Of a stretch of DNA of 64,000 nucleotides, positions 23,201-37,400 are shown piece by piece. Each line of letters starts with the position of its first letter. Position 1 is the stretch's first letter. The position numbers and the translations under genes were made by a program. Location of the stretch: the NCBI GenBank assembly GCA_013265495.1, contig MU058039.1:1118591-1182590 (forward strand), in the 5' to 3' direction. The DNA comes from Vicugna vicugna (taxonomy: Eukaryota). The notes under the pieces were generated by a model. The model did not search any database and had not been told where the DNA came from. It saw nothing but the letters and a program-made list of their open reading frames with translations.

Positions 23201-26200
23201 TATGTTCTTGATCCATTCACAGGCTGATGGGGGAGACAGAGAGCAAGCATGTAAAGAAAACAAGGTCATTTCAGATGGGATTTTGTGCTACAAACTAAAT
23301 AATAATAATAGCTACCATATGACTCTGTGCTGGACACTATTCTAAGAGCTTTGCACAGACTGACTCATGTAATCTTGTGAGTTAGGTGTTGTTACCCTTA
23401 CAGGACAGGTGCAGAAATGGATCCATCGAAGTTTAAGCCACTTGTCCAAGTGACAGTGCCAGACCTAGAAGGTCCGACTTCCATGCCTGCACTCTTATAT
23501 CTAGACTACACTACAGTCTAGTGATTGGGAATGGCCGGGGAGGGGTCAGTGAGGGGAGGAGGGCAGTGCAGACACTTTAGATTGAGAGGAAGATCTCTGA
23601 AGACATGACATTTTAGCTCTACCTGAGGGGATGAGAAAGAAGGAGCAAAAGAGAACACTGGGGGAAAGCTTTTCCAAGGAGAGGGAACAAAAACATGTTG
23701 GCCCTGAGGAGCAGGAAGGCCAGAGTGGTCAGAGCCTGGCATGTAGAAAAGATGGGCACAGCCAGATCTCTTAGAGATTTTTTTGTTGGAAGTGGTGATG
23801 AGGCCCACAGTCTGCAAATTCAGTCCCTCTTAGACTCCAGTAGGCCAGGAACCTCATACTTCCAGAACCCTGGCCCCGCCACCCTTTCCTCTCAGGCCCC
23901 CTGGACAGGCCAAACCAGAACTGACTTGTAAAGTGGGAATCCCAGGACTGTGGAACATTAAACCAAACAAAGGCTTCAATTATCTCTGTGATCCCTGCTG
24001 CAATAGACACCTGCATTTGATTAAAGCATTGGTAACTTTTGAATCCGGAATTTTATGGCACTGTGTACTCATAGAGTGTCTCTCTTAGCTTAACTTGTAC
24101 CCCATGAACAAATTCCATCTCCCTTCTATTCCATCAAAAGGCCGCTTGATTTACAAAGCATCTTTGGTAAAATGCTGTGTCTCCCTCTTTGATGTGGGGA
24201 GTCAGGAAGTCTGATTTTTAAACTGGCTCTTGTAGAGCCTCTCTTTTCTCTGTAAATCTCTCTTCCATTTACTCAGTGTTTCCCCCTTGTTTCCTTTGGT
24301 CAGATGGGGCTGTAGCTAGGGTGTTTCTAGTTCAGAGAGACAGGCATACAGGATGATTCATCCTGAGGCTTTCAGCTTTCTGTCCCCCACTGGAAGCCAG
24401 TCCAGGAACATGGTAGATTTCATTTGACCCATGTCTCCCCATGGGAATGCACACCTTGTCAAACTAGTTGTATGGCTTTTACTCAGGGAGGGAGAAACAG
24501 TGACAGAGCTTGGGGCTATCAGTGGACACTCCTGACTCCGTACACATGGCAGCCGACAAGAAGCTAAGTTCATGGATCATAAAGTGTCCATTGTGAATAT
24601 GGGCTGGGGTTCTCTCTGCCCTGCTCTAGTGCAATTCGGCAGCAAAAATCATCCCTTTTGACAGAATATAAAGGAGCAAATGAGTATGAAAGTGTCCTGT
24701 GATGGCACGGCCAGCCCAGCTGCTTCAGCTGGAAAGAAGATGGCGAGGTTTCCATTTTCCTGGCAGCATACCCATGTGAACTTGTTAAATCTTTTAAGTA
24801 GCTGTATAGGAGGAAAGATAAATGTGTGTGTTTTTATCCTTATCCCTTTAAATATAAAAATAAAACTTCTCCTTTATAAAGCCAATTCAAAAGTGGGAAG
24901 AAAGGCGATGGTGAGTGGAAAATGTGATCATATTGAGTCCTACCCCACGTTTGGGAAACAGCTGTAAGTTTCCATGGTGGGTGGCTTATTACGCATTTAT
25001 GCTGAGCTGTACCTGCTCCAAGCTGTTCCTGCAGATAGAAGAGGCTTTCTTGGGGCAGGGAGCTGTCTCTTTCCATCATGCTGTAAAGACTTGGAAGGTC
25101 TCTTGAGAGACTTCAGCAGTCATCACTTGGGTAGCAGAATTAGGGGCCGCTGACCAAAGTGGGTCTGCTTTTTACAGCCAACCAGCATCTAGTGTAACAT
25201 GAGTTGGGGCTTCATGGGCCCTGGAGTCCAGCACTCAGGTGGAAACATGACCGCCAGGGCCAGACAACAGCCCTCGTGCTGGGCCCCTCTGCAGAGTGGA
25301 GCTCCACACCGAGCCTTTGGGGGGATGAGAGAAACCGGAGACCTGGCCCGTGCTCTCAGGGAGCTCGTGGTGTAGGTGGGGCGAGAGCAAAGCCACATGA
25401 GACCTCAGGAGGACACTAAGCGGCACACGGACAAGCCCACAGCACTCTAGCCGTGTCCCAGGAGAGGAAAGGGGTGAATAAGGGCAGGTGGGGTCAGTCA
25501 TGGAAACTTTCATAAAGGAGGTGAGTGTGGCTGCGGGCAGGTTTCTGGGGGCAAGTATTAGGGGATCCCGTATGTGCAGTTTGAACAGCGTTCCTTAGCT
25601 GCTTCTCATGAACAGTCCTACCAGTTCCTTTCCCCAGTGAGCTTTGTCTTTGGGGAGTTTCACATTTGAGGCACCGTGTTCGGTATATCTTAGCCATGCC
25701 TTAGAAGCTCTGAATAGCAGGACTCCAGGTCTGCAGTCCGTACCCATTCACAGGCCTGTGGCTTTTGTGGCTGTGGGGGGCAGGCCAGACCCCTCCCCAG
25801 GTGGGCGTCTGCTCTGACTAATCCTTCTGAGGCATTTGCTTTCAGCTTGCTCATGGTCCCTCCAGAATGAGCACAGGAAAAGAGGGGAGAGAGACCCCCT
25901 TTCTTATGTCTGAGGGTCTCTTCAGGCCTGGTGCCACGGCCCCTCTGGGTCTCTGATACTTGCCACCACCTTCTAGTCCAGATGACACTCAAAGCTGGGA
26001 ACGGCAGTTCTGTGTTGAGATCACAGAAATGAATGGGGTTGATGCCCGGCAGGCCGGCTGGTTTGCTGTGCCGCAGTTAACGTGCTGTCCCTGGAATGAG
26101 GGTTGCCTCGAAGTGTTCTGCCTTCAGAGTTTATTCTTGCTTGCCAAGCTCAGCTTCCAGGTGCTATTCTTTTCTTTAAATAAATGTCTTAGAGTTGGCT

Positions 26201-27169
26201 TGTGGAACTTAAGAGTTCCCATCCCAGGAAATACTCCAGTGTGTTTAAAAAAACCCACCTCATTCAGATGCTCATGGCCAAGTGTGTGACTCAGATACTG
26301 CAATACCCGTGATTTGCTTTCTCAAAATTGACATTACTTGAGTTGCACTCTGGCCCCACTGTGAGATAAGGTTGGGGTAGCCGGCCCATGCTTCTTTCTT
26401 TATGTGGTTTCAGGTTGGTCTTTTTCTCGCCTCATATGATGCTTGAGAGCCATGACATAGCACAGCTCATGCAAGTAGTGGCTGAAATCATCCAGTAGAA
26501 CCTGGCCTTCATCTCTTACACTGCCTGGGATCAGTAGGATTGCCATGGAAGGATTTGGTGGTGTTAGTAAGGATGGCGAACTGGTCTCCATAGCTTGGGC
26601 ATTGAAGCACTGCTTGTGCTGTTAGGAAGAGAGTGCTGCAGGATGTTAGCAGAGTCAGTTTCTGTTTTCTTTCCCAGCTTGTTACGGCTTCCAGGCAGGC
26701 CTGCCTGGAAGTCCTTAAGACGCTCCTCTTTCCCCCCCTTTTGAAAGGCAGAGATATTAGGAAGGTGGACATTCTTCAAGAAGAGAACCTGGGGCTCATT
26801 AGTTGTAGTTGGGGAATGCATTGCTCTACCCACACTTTGGGAGAGGTTTCTAGGGGAGAAGTTTTGCAGAACATTCAGAGTCAGAAAGTTGGTTGCATGA
26901 ACCCAGGCTCTGGGAGGAGATGCCTGCTCAGCCACTGGTGGGTTAGCCGATAGCACCCAGCCTACCCACCAGACGACAGGAGGCGGCTCAGATGTCACTG
27001 GGATCCAGGCTGTCTCCTGGCTCAAGCAGCTGCAAGCCGGGAGGGGGTGTTGAGAGCACTGAAGCTCCAGTGGGAGGGTGCTCCTGGCACCCTGGTCTGC
27101 AAGCTTGGTTCTGGCGACAGAACCAGGAGGTAGTGAGAGGTGTGGGGTGGGAGGAGGGTCAGAGCGCAG

Positions 27170-27370
27170 CCTTTACAGGGAGACAGAACTGGGTTCCACA
27201 CCCATCTCCTTCACCTACTGGCTGTGTGACTGTGGGCAAGTGACAGGAGTTAAGCCTCAGTGTCCTCCTTTGAAAAGGGCCATTGTCCTACCTCACAAGA
27301 TGATTCTAAGATGAAATAATGTGTATGAAGCCCCTGGCACATTGTTAGTGTTTGATAAATGTAGCTTCTG
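27170..27370 (+). mobile_element. MIR SINE
   Basis: ctgggttc...gctgtgtgactgtgggcaagt...gcctcagtg...cctggcacattgttag. Confidence 0.65.
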
Positions 27371-29267
27371 AAAATTCTTTCAGCAGCTCACGGTCCTACA
27401 TCCAAGTGGGGTCTGCAGCTTGCGTCTCCTCTTTAAAGGAGTTGAAAGGGTCCACTGAAACGTGCAGCTCAGTGGAAAACCAACTCCCCTAGGGAGCTCT
27501 GAACCCTAAACCCAGCCAGCCACTTCAAAGCAGCATCCACTGCCAAGTGGCAGCCCAAACTTGAGCTGCAAGTGACATGACGAAGCCCTCTCCCCAGCCT
27601 CTGGGTCCATCTGGGCCTCATTACCCGGGACGGGGCTTCTTGCTTCCGAGTTGCAAGCCCTGAACAGTTTTGTGTCTGGATGAGCCACAGGCAGTGCCAG
27701 CAAGGCTTTTTCGTGAGTAGCTCAGCTTGTTACTAAGTTGAGGTCAGCCAAGGTGCTCTTCCCAAGTTTTCCTTGTCCCCTTCCTTCCCTGTCCCCTTTC
27801 CTCCAAAGGAAAACGAAAGAAAGAAAAAAACCTTATCAACTCAAGTTAGAAACAACCCACAGCCTCGAGTCAGGCGGCCTCCTTTTAACTGGTAATGATG
27901 TAGAAAGAAGAACAGCTTCCCACTGATAACCCCCAAAATAACTGCCCAGAAATGCAGGCAGACAGGGTCTGGAGGTGTGCAGGAGCCTGTGCCCAGCTGC
28001 TGGCCCAGAACATGGGACCTTCTAGGGGGCCGAGGGAAGCCATGCCTCCTTCCCCGGTGCTTCTCACGCCTGCGGCTCCATCCTCTTTTCCGCCTTCCTC
28101 CTGCCCCGCACCCTCCTTCCCCAGGTCACTTCCTGATGCCATTCCTCAGCTTAGCCCCTATCCCCCCGAAAAGCAATCAAATCCACAACCTAATAAGGCA
28201 AAAGAATGAGGAGAATGTCCGCCTCCCAGCCTCTCCCCTAACAGGGCGCAGGCCCGCCACAAATTTGGAAAATGTTACAACGGGAGCGACAACTGACTGG
28301 AGGGGATGGGGGGTGGGGGCAGCCATTTTCAGGAGCTGCCCATTGTTGGCAGCAGGCAGAACCCTGCGGGAGGGCCACCTGGTTTGCGCTTTCCGCATCA
28401 GCCAGTTAACACCCCTCTCAACACACAAAAGTGCTTGGAGAGTAACAGCCCGAATCAGCTGCACCCCCACTTGGGGTTCGCATGCTGGGAGGACATGAAA
28501 CACGCCAGGAGTCCCCTCAGAGACACCTCCCTCTGCCCACCACTGCAGCCGGGACTCTGCAGATCCCAACCCTTTCTGCCTCTGAGATGAGCAGTGTTCT
28601 TCCCCTCCACTGTGCCAGGGTTAAATTAGCCCTGGCGTTAATTAAAACTTGTCAACACTTAGAGTGCCCCTTCCCCCGAAACCTGTCACCCCTCCTACAT
28701 CATTATCCCAGGCAAATCAACCCTCTCTGACGACACAGTTTCCATTCTCCACTCTCTCCTTGGAGGAGGAGAAGGGACAGGCCCCTCTCTCTGTTGGGGA
28801 GCCCTGGAGGAGGAGGGCTGACTGGGCCAGACCTACTTTGTTTTGGAAGGTCAAGCTTAGTAATTAACCTGAACGTTTCGGGGAGGGGATGAAGGGGAAG
28901 GAACCAGGTCTAAGGATGTGCCAGGTCTTTCAAATTGCTAATTATCAGCAGGCATGAGGTCATCCGTAAATATATCTAATTCTTTAGCTGTAATTAAGGT
29001 ACTCATTAAAAGTGTAGGGAAGGGTTTTTTTCTATTTTTTTTTAAAGGAAAAACACAAAAAACCTTTGTTTCAACTTGACAGGATGGCTTAGAACAGGCG
29101 GAGGACTCAAGGCACAGGACTAGTTTCCTGCCTTAAGAGCCTTTACAGGAAATTCACTGCAAACAATATTGGTGACCCTGCCAAAGAGGCAAACCTGGGG
29201 TGATGTCATTGTTCATAGCTGTCACCACCAAGCCTGGCCTTGGGGGAGGAGGGTTGGTGGGATTAGA

Positions 29268-29270
<3 letters not shown>

Positions 29271-29306
<36 letters not shown>
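29271..29306 (+). repeat. Perfect (GT)18 microsatellite
   Basis: Read directly. Confidence 0.95.
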
Positions 29307-29308
<2 letters not shown>

Positions 29309-31799
29309 CTGTCTCTGGAAGAGGCAAGTCAATTGAAAATCTGGGCAGGAGACAAATCACAATTGGGGGTCTTTGACATATTCTTAGCTAGGTTCAACTT
29401 TCCTTGTTCCTCCAAGTTAAAAAAAATTCTCTTACTATTTTTGCTCCTCAAAATGCTGCTGCTTTTTCAGAGACAGCCTTTTCTGAGCCATTCCTCGTTT
29501 AGTGCTTTCTTGGGTAACTGGCTGTTACAGTCTGGGATTTGTGGCCCACAAGGCAGGGTGCTGAGTTAAGCACTAGGTAAGTGCTCGCTGCTGCTTTTCT
29601 GAGGACCAGAGTCTCCATTGTTAAGAAGTGTGGAAATGGAGACACAGGACTGGTTTAATGTATCTGCTTCTTCCACAAAAACCATTTTGGAAAACCACCC
29701 ATTGCCAGAGGGTTGATACCGACGTGCTGCTAATCTTCCCATGGCCTCCAGGAAGCATCTGGAGCACCTCTGAAAATAAGAACAAGCTTTGTGTCTTGTC
29801 ATTTTTCTTCTGGCTGAAAGTCTAACAGAGAGGCATAAACACAGTCTTAAAATGAAAGCAACAAAAATAAACTCAAGCCAGCCCTGCATGAAGACATTAA
29901 TGCAAAATATGCAAGCTGGCTTACTATTTATATGGCAGAAGGCAGTCATAAGGAGATCCAGGCCTGGCTAAGGAGGGTTATGTCTTTTGAGGTGCCTGTT
30001 CCTTAGAATTCTAAATAACCCACAGGTGATTTACTCAGATGGAGTTGTAATACAGTGTCCCGTTTCATGCTTTGCACAGTTCGGTTTCTTGCTGAAACCT
30101 GTGAAATGCTAATGCAGGATCAGGATACAGTTTAGTGCGCCTCCTGTACCCTCTCCTCCTTAAAAAACATCCTAACAACTTTAGGAGGAAGTTTGAGGAT
30201 TGAATAAGAGAGGGCCATGTAAGTTTCCTGTGGTTCACATCCTGTGATCTGTTAGTATTCTTTTTTTTTTTTTTTAACTCAACTGACATTTACCGAGACA
30301 TTGACAGTGTTAGCTTTAGAGGCAGAGCAAGAAAGAAAACTAACCTAGCTGCTGTCCTCATAGCAGCTACATTCTGAAAGGGTGGACGGTAGGTTAAATG
30401 AGTTTGCAGTCTACCCTAAATAGGCCTGTTGTCTTTGCCTTCCTGGGTTCAGAAAGGATCTTCCCAGCATGCCTTATGTGTCTGGGAGTTCAGATGTTCA
30501 GGCCACCTCTCATAAATCGACCTCCAGGTGAGTCCTGAGTGTTTGGTTTTTGGTGTGGTGGTTTCATAGGTTCCCCAGGACTGAGGAGTCACCTTGGGAT
30601 CCAGCTTTTCTTGGATCCAGCTATCCTGGCTTGGGACATGTTGCTGGAAAGAGATGATAGATTTAGGCAAAAGAGATGCATCTCCTGGCCAAGGAAACTA
30701 GAGTTTGCAGGTGTCCCCCATCAATGATGTCTTTAGAATTTCTATGTGGGAAAAGCTTAGGCGGTCCATTCTAGGCTGGAGTGAATGGACAGGGGCGTAG
30801 TCTGGAAGCTGCAGACCTGCTGTTTTTAACTTAGATGGGGTGTGTATATGAGGCAGCTGGGGAGGAGCTGGTGGGGGTGGGGGTGGTGGCAGAAGCCACA
30901 ACCATTGCCTGGGGAGATGGCTGCCCTTGGATTGCTCGAGCTGCTGCTTGGTTCCGGAGCTGCCCTGTGCACTTAGAGCCACAGTTTTGTGGTAACTGCC
31001 AGGAAGCTGAGTCCGGTGTCGCCTCAGGAAGTTGGTGAGGTTAGCACCAATTTTTGAAGGGCTGGTAACAGTACCAGTGCTGACACCCCATGGGCGCAGC
31101 CCTGGGATTTTGTTCGTTGGGGACACTTTGGAAATCGCCTCTTGGCTCATTGGCTTATTAGGTATCTTGAGGCAAGAGTGGAGGGAAGGAGGGGAAGGTA
31201 ACTGTGGCCCAGCCAGAATTCTCAAGGTTTGACCTTCAATATATGGAAACTCCACTACTTTTCTGATCTTTAGTGGAAATAGCTCTTCACTGTCTGCATC
31301 AATTGGAAAATGTTGGCCACCGAAGGGGGTCATTCCTGCAGGGCTCCGCAGAGCCGGCATATCTGATGTTCCTAATATTTCCTGACCATACCCTTCTCCA
31401 TTTGCCCCACCTCCATTTGCCCCACCTCCCTGCCCCATCATTTGGATAGGGTGTCTGGAAAGCATGTCTCCTAGATTCCCCAGGAAATTTTGTGTTTCCA
31501 CTCAGTGGAGTTGAGAACCACATGACACCCTCGACCCCCACCTGAGATTTCAGGCTGGCTGTGGGAGCGTAGGAGATGGCACGATTGAGGAGGGTGGTCA
31601 AAGGAGGCTGGAAGCTGAGCTAGGGCAGTTTTGCCCTCAGTCCCCTTTCAGGAGTAGAGAGGACAGGGCTGGCTCTGTCCTGGCATGTAGCTTGTCACTC
31701 AGGTGGGTGGCCCTGCCATTTGGGCCACTGTGAGGGGAATAGATATGAGTGCTCCTGGCTTTCTTCTGGAGCTGAGAGGCTGCGGTCCTGGGTTATCAT

Positions 31800-32045
31800 A
31801 GGGCAGGCAACAAAAACCAGTGAAATCCCTGGGTAGAGACATGGGCTGCTACTACTCAGCTTCAGCTAATCGTGGCCAGAAGGGAATGAGGGCCTGGGAC
31901 TTTATTTTCCAAAAATTTGGAATTCCCACGTTTTATGGGGCAATTAATTCAGCTTAAAAAAAAAAACCCACCGCAAACCTGCTGGCCATACAAAATGGGG
32001 CCTATTTGCCCCCCAGAGCTACCCATTTATGACCTCTGACCTTAG
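31800..32045. mobile_element. hAT-type MER element (MER102-like)
   Basis: ctactcagcttcagctaatcgtggccagaagggaatgagggcc...atttatgacctctg resembles the recalled consensus. Confidence 0.45.
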
Positions 32046-33332
32046 ATATTTGCATGGTCTTGATCCTATGTCTGCTTCTCTTTTGGTTCCTTCTTTCCTC
32101 TTGACTGGATTGCTGCTGCTTAATCCTCTTACTGGGAAGGAGAAAACCCATTTTCTTTTGCTCCTTGGTGACAGCTCTGATAAAAGGTGGTTGAAATGAA
32201 TGGCAATAAAACGGGCTGCCCTATCTGTGGTTTTCCATCCCCGGACTCTTCCATTCTTCCCATTACCGTAGATAAAAGAGTTGGCTCCTCAAAATTCCTC
32301 TCACCATATATACATATTTAGGATCTGGCTCCATGTTTCTGTGAACAAAAATAGTGGAAAGTTTTTTTTTCATTTGTTTTTGTTTTAGAAGGCCCCAAAC
32401 AACTTTCATACAAAGGCAGCTGTTCTGCACACACAATAACCTGGTGAACAATGCCAACCTTCAAAATGAACTACCAGTTCAAATTTTGCACCCAAGGGGC
32501 AGTTGTATAGAAATACTTACTTGGGATTGATCAACTAAATTTGAATTCTGAGAGATATTGGCAGTCCAGGTTTTGTGAAAGAGATCAATTCTAAGATCTG
32601 TGTAGACGGAAAAACCAGGACACAGCACTAATTACTGATGAGAGAGTTGATGGATTTCAGAAAAGTGGGATATACTTGGTGTGCAATAAATCTGTTGACT
32701 TTTGAAAAAAAAATTTGACACTTACCCCTGAAAAATCCATGCAATTTTTTTTTCTGTGCTCTAATTAAGTCCCCTGTTTACTGGATTAATGGCCCCACAG
32801 AAAAAGATTCTTATCAAACTTTTCATTTGGAGCTGTCTGTCAGGGAAAAGCCAGGAAACTCCCCATAAAGGCACTGCTCTCAACTTTAACTTTTTTGGGC
32901 TCTGTTGCCTCCTCACTGGTTTGAGTATTTCCTGGCTCGATTGTTTTCTCAAGCTGGCCTTGAATCCTTAGATGTTATTTGTGTGCCTAGAAATAGCTGG
33001 AGGAAAAATGGTTGTAATGCTTTGCATTGCTCACTGCCTCTCTGTGGATGGAAACTCTCTCTGCAAGGGAAAGGGCTTTCCACCCAGGAAGACAGCTGGG
33101 TGGAGGATTCTTTATTGCCCTGGCTGGCCTATCAAATTATTCCAGCAGGACTCTCACTGTGCCACAGTATTTGGGATGAGAAAGTTTCCAGCGCGCCACA
33201 GATTGGTAGCTTACAGCTAGGTAGAGACCAGAGCAGTAGGAGTTCTCATAAGTGGGCTTCTCTGCCAGCAGTATGGGGCACATAAGGGAGTTTGTTACAT
33301 GAGGGTGTGTTTTTTGATTTGTGCCCCCCCCC

Positions 33333-33456
33333 TTTTTTTTTGATGGGGAGAGTGATTAGGTTTACTTATTTATTCTTAGAGGAGGTGCTGGGGATTGAAC
33401 CCAGGACCTCATGCGTGCTAAGCATGCACTCTACTACTTGAGCTATACCCTCTGCC
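33333..33456 (-). mobile_element. tRNA-derived SINE (Vic-1-like)
   Basis: gattaggtttacttattt...ggaggtgctggggattgaacccaggacctc...ttgagctataccc. Confidence 0.87.
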
Positions 33457-34259
33457 TATGTCCTTTTTAGTTGAATTTGGAATGTATGGAGGGAGAAGGA
33501 AATGAATTATGGAGGGGAAGGGACAGGTAGAGCAACAGGCTGATAAGGGAGCGACATCCTCTCACCGGTTTTCAATAATTGATCCCAGCGTGATTGATGA
33601 AGAAGATGGTGTCATCCATCCATTCAGCATTCACTGAGCGTTTATCCAGTACGTGCCATAAATAAGGTACTGGGTACAGAGATGTGAATGAAATAGTCCT
33701 TTCTGTTCTCTCAGAGCTTATAGCCCAGTGGGGAAGATAGGCACTAAACACCAGCATCAACAACAGGAAACCCCCAAACATGTAGTGCTCCAAATTGTGA
33801 TCATTTTATGAAGGAAAGGAGCAGAGCCCTTTAGAGGGCACAGTGGGGAACTTGCTGCAGATTGAGCAGCAGCCACTGGGGAGCCCTTTCTGGGGTGGCA
33901 ACAGAGAAATGAGGCCGGGAAGGTAAGCAGGGGCCACCGTGGGAGAAGAGTGCCCCGGCAGGTGGACCTGAGAAGCATGGGGAAGAGAGAAATGGAATGA
34001 GACCAGGGCTGCTGGGGAGGGTGGTGTGTGAGGTGAGATCAGAAAGGTGACGGCAGCCAGAATGTGCCTCCGGTGAGGACCTTGGATTTTCTTCTGGATG
34101 AACGAGAAAGCATTGAGTCCACAGATATTTACTTCATGCCAGTCACTGTTTTAGGCTCTGGGTATATAGCTGTGAAACATAGAACCATCCCTGCCCTCAT
34201 GGGGCTCCCAGTCAAGTGGAACACAGTGGAAGTATGTCCTTTTTTATTGCTGGTAAAGC

Positions 34260-34415
34260 GTTTAGCACTTTAAAATATATTCCTTAAGCGTATCATCACA
34301 GCAGCCTTGTATTTTTATCCCCACTTTACAGATGAAGAGACTGAGGTTCTGAGAGGTTATGTGACTTGCCCAAGGTCATTCAACCAATAAGTGACAGAGC
34401 CAAGAGTCAAACCTT
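34260..34415 (-). mobile_element. MIR SINE
   Basis: cccactttacagatgaagagactgaggttctgagaggttatgtgacttgcccaaggtca. Confidence 0.75.
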
Positions 34416-37400
34416 CTCCTTTTAGGTTTTTTTCCCACGTCAGGGCTGAGTGATTGGTTCTCTCCTCTCTGACATTATACCCCTGGTAGTAAGATTCAAG
34501 GGCTCGTGGTGATCCTTGGACTTCAGGCATGCAATGACATCAAAGCACCTATGATTTAGGTCCTGCAGGGTGGGATATGGCAAGAGGATAGAGGTGGTGA
34601 TAGCCCTGCTTCAGCAGCTGGAGTTGTGCCTTTCACCTTTACCGTGGCTCCTTAGATTGGAGACAGGCATTTGACTGACCAGTGTGTCTGTGGAGCCTGT
34701 CTAAATGGTGGTTTGGAGCTGGGGAGTCAACTTAGCGCTCTGGCCAAACCCCCCGGTTGCAGTCTGCCTATATATGGGCTGGCCTCAAAGAACAGGTGAT
34801 GGCAGTAGGAGTTGTTTTCTGTGTGCTGGTGGGAGGTGCCCAGCTGCATTCCTTTGTAGACAAGCACAAACTAGATATTTTTGAAATTGAAGGTCTGAAA
34901 CCAGCCAAAGAATTAATCCTGGTCTGAAAAGCATATGATGAGAGTACAGCCACCCTGACTTGGGTGTCACTTTCTTAACTTTGTTGCTTTTTAATAAGCC
35001 TAGAATTCTCTCTCAAGAGGGAGGATCTTTGCGAACATCTCGAGCCACGTTCCTTCTAGCTGACAGTAGAGGCCTCCAGCCATCAAGGCTCAAGTCCATT
35101 TTGCTATCATGTGCACTTTGGCTGATGAGGTGCTGGGCAGAGGTTTCAGCCGCTACCCGAGGGTTTCGTGATGAAAGGTCAGCTGGATGGGCCCAACTCT
35201 TCATCGCTCAATCAAGAGGCCACGTAACAGAGAGAGAATGGGGCCTGGAAGCAGGGTCTCCTGTGGTGCACAGCCAGGCCGAGAAGAGTCCAAAGCTGGA
35301 CCCACCTGTGCTTCCCAGCTCTCTCCTGCATTGGAGGCTCTAGACTCAGCTTCTTACAAACGCAGGCTGTGAAGCCAGACAGACCCACATGCTGGCCCTG
35401 GCCCTGTACTTCCTGCCCGAGGGACCTTGGACAAGGAAGCCTCAGTTTCCTCATCTACAAAAGGGGATCAGTAACATATTGATCTCAGGGTTGTCAGGAT
35501 TCAGTAAGGTGCTGGTGTGGGGCATGCCTGGCATGTTGAAGAGATCAGTACCTGGTGGCTCTTTTAATTATTACTCTGCCTGCTGTGTTGGGATGCAGTC
35601 TTTCTGAGGTCTCATCCTGTGGGATCTGGAGTCCCAATAGGGGTGATGGGTTGGGGGAGTGAGGGGACCAGGGAGCCTTTCTTCAACTAGGAAACTGCAG
35701 CCAAAGAACTAAAACAATAGAGCTGCCTTATGATGTCTAATTCAAAACCAGCTGCTCATTGAAGATTGACCCTGAGATCCAACAAGTTCAGCTGCTAGAT
35801 ATGGAAGCATCAAGCATTTAAGGGGGCCTGGAAGTAAGGTTCCTAGAAAGAGGCAACAATCTCTTACTCATCCCCAGTTATCTCAGACCCAGGGCAGGGG
35901 TGGAGCCCCTGTGGTTTAGGGGCAGACCCTGGGTGAGAGAACGAAGCCAGGAGAAGCCGAGTGCTTTGTACAGCAGTGTCCTGCAAGTAGGCCAGAGTGC
36001 GCCCCGCCGTGCCTCTCAGGAGGCCAGATGAGGTATTATGTGTCCTGCAGAACTCCACATGTGTCCTTCCCTCTGGGAAGCCTTCCACCAGGGCAGGGTC
36101 TCTGGGGCCGGATGTGGAAGGTAAACAGGCAGCCCTTCTGTTCTTTACTACAGACGAACCCGGAAAGGCTCGAGTTGTAACTTTTCATCTCAGGAAGCCT
36201 TGAGGTCCCACCGGCTTTCCTGAAGCAGCCTCACTGTCCCTTTGCAGGAGCATAACCAGTGTGGCCTCAGCACTGATGCTGAAGCTTGAGCAACAGCCTC
36301 TGGCCCCCTCTGATTCATTCTCCACCTGGGAGCCAGGTAATATCCTGCTCGAACTCTTCATCAATATCCCTTGCCTTGGAATCTAATCTGGAAGCCCACT
36401 GGGCCCTGCGGGATCTGTTCTTTCCTCTCCAGCTTCATCTCTCTCCCCTGCCCAGTGAATCGGCGTACTCCAGGCTCCCCAGCTGCCTCTCTGCTCTATG
36501 CTCTTCCCTACCTGTGGAACCCTTGCCAAATGCCTACCCAGCTCTTCCTAATGCTATAGATCTGTGTTTATACTCCACTGTTTGTCTGCAAGTCGTGCCT
36601 GACCCCTCCAGCCTAGGTGAGGTCCCTGTCTAAGGCGCACATCTGTCACCTCCACTTTTCCTTTTAACTCTAACCATCCTTTGCTCTCTCCACCCTGCCA
36701 TGAGACTGTGAGGGCCATGAAAGTAGAGACGGAATCTCTTTTGACCATTGCTGGGTCCTTAGCATGTGGGACAATGTCTGACAAATAAAGGTACTCTGAT
36801 AAATATATATTTATGGAATGAATAGATAAATAGCCAATCAGGCAGGTAGAATGGACATGCCACTCATCTGTTCACCCACTGGTTTGAGTACCTTCCGTGG
36901 AACAGCATGGTGTTAGGGGTAAAGACTGACCACCCTCAGTCCCTCTGAGAAAGTAGGCATTGTCACTCTCCAGACCCAGGTCACCTCTGCAGGCCAGTTG
37001 AGTCCCGTCTAAAAGCTGGCTGTCCGCTAAGCTGTGCACTCTGGAAGGTCGTAAGACATCCTCCCTCAGGACACTTCCGGACCCAGTGGGCCAGACAGCT
37101 GTCCTGGCAAAGTTCTGCATCAGTGCCCACCAGTTCCGAGACACAAACAGGATGCTTTTCAGGTGGGGAAAGGAGGAGGGGAGACATCACTCACCTGGAG
37201 AGTGGGGAAAACATTATTACGACAGAATTCATCCCATTTTGTGCACGTACTTACGAAGTTAGGTGTTCATGCGTTGTGTGCCAGGCACTGGTCTAGGCAT
37301 CTGGGTCACAGCATAAAAGAAGTCCCCTGCCCTCAAAATGAGACATATGGCTAAATGCAGGGAGACCTTTTTAAATTTTTCCTTTTTTAAGTTTTCTCTT

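Noticed and set aside
30698..31501. 267-aa minus-strand ORF with a GGANGGGANG repeat
   Set aside because: Non-ATG start and no recognisable domain; the repeat comes from a local 15-bp duplication near 31395-31430
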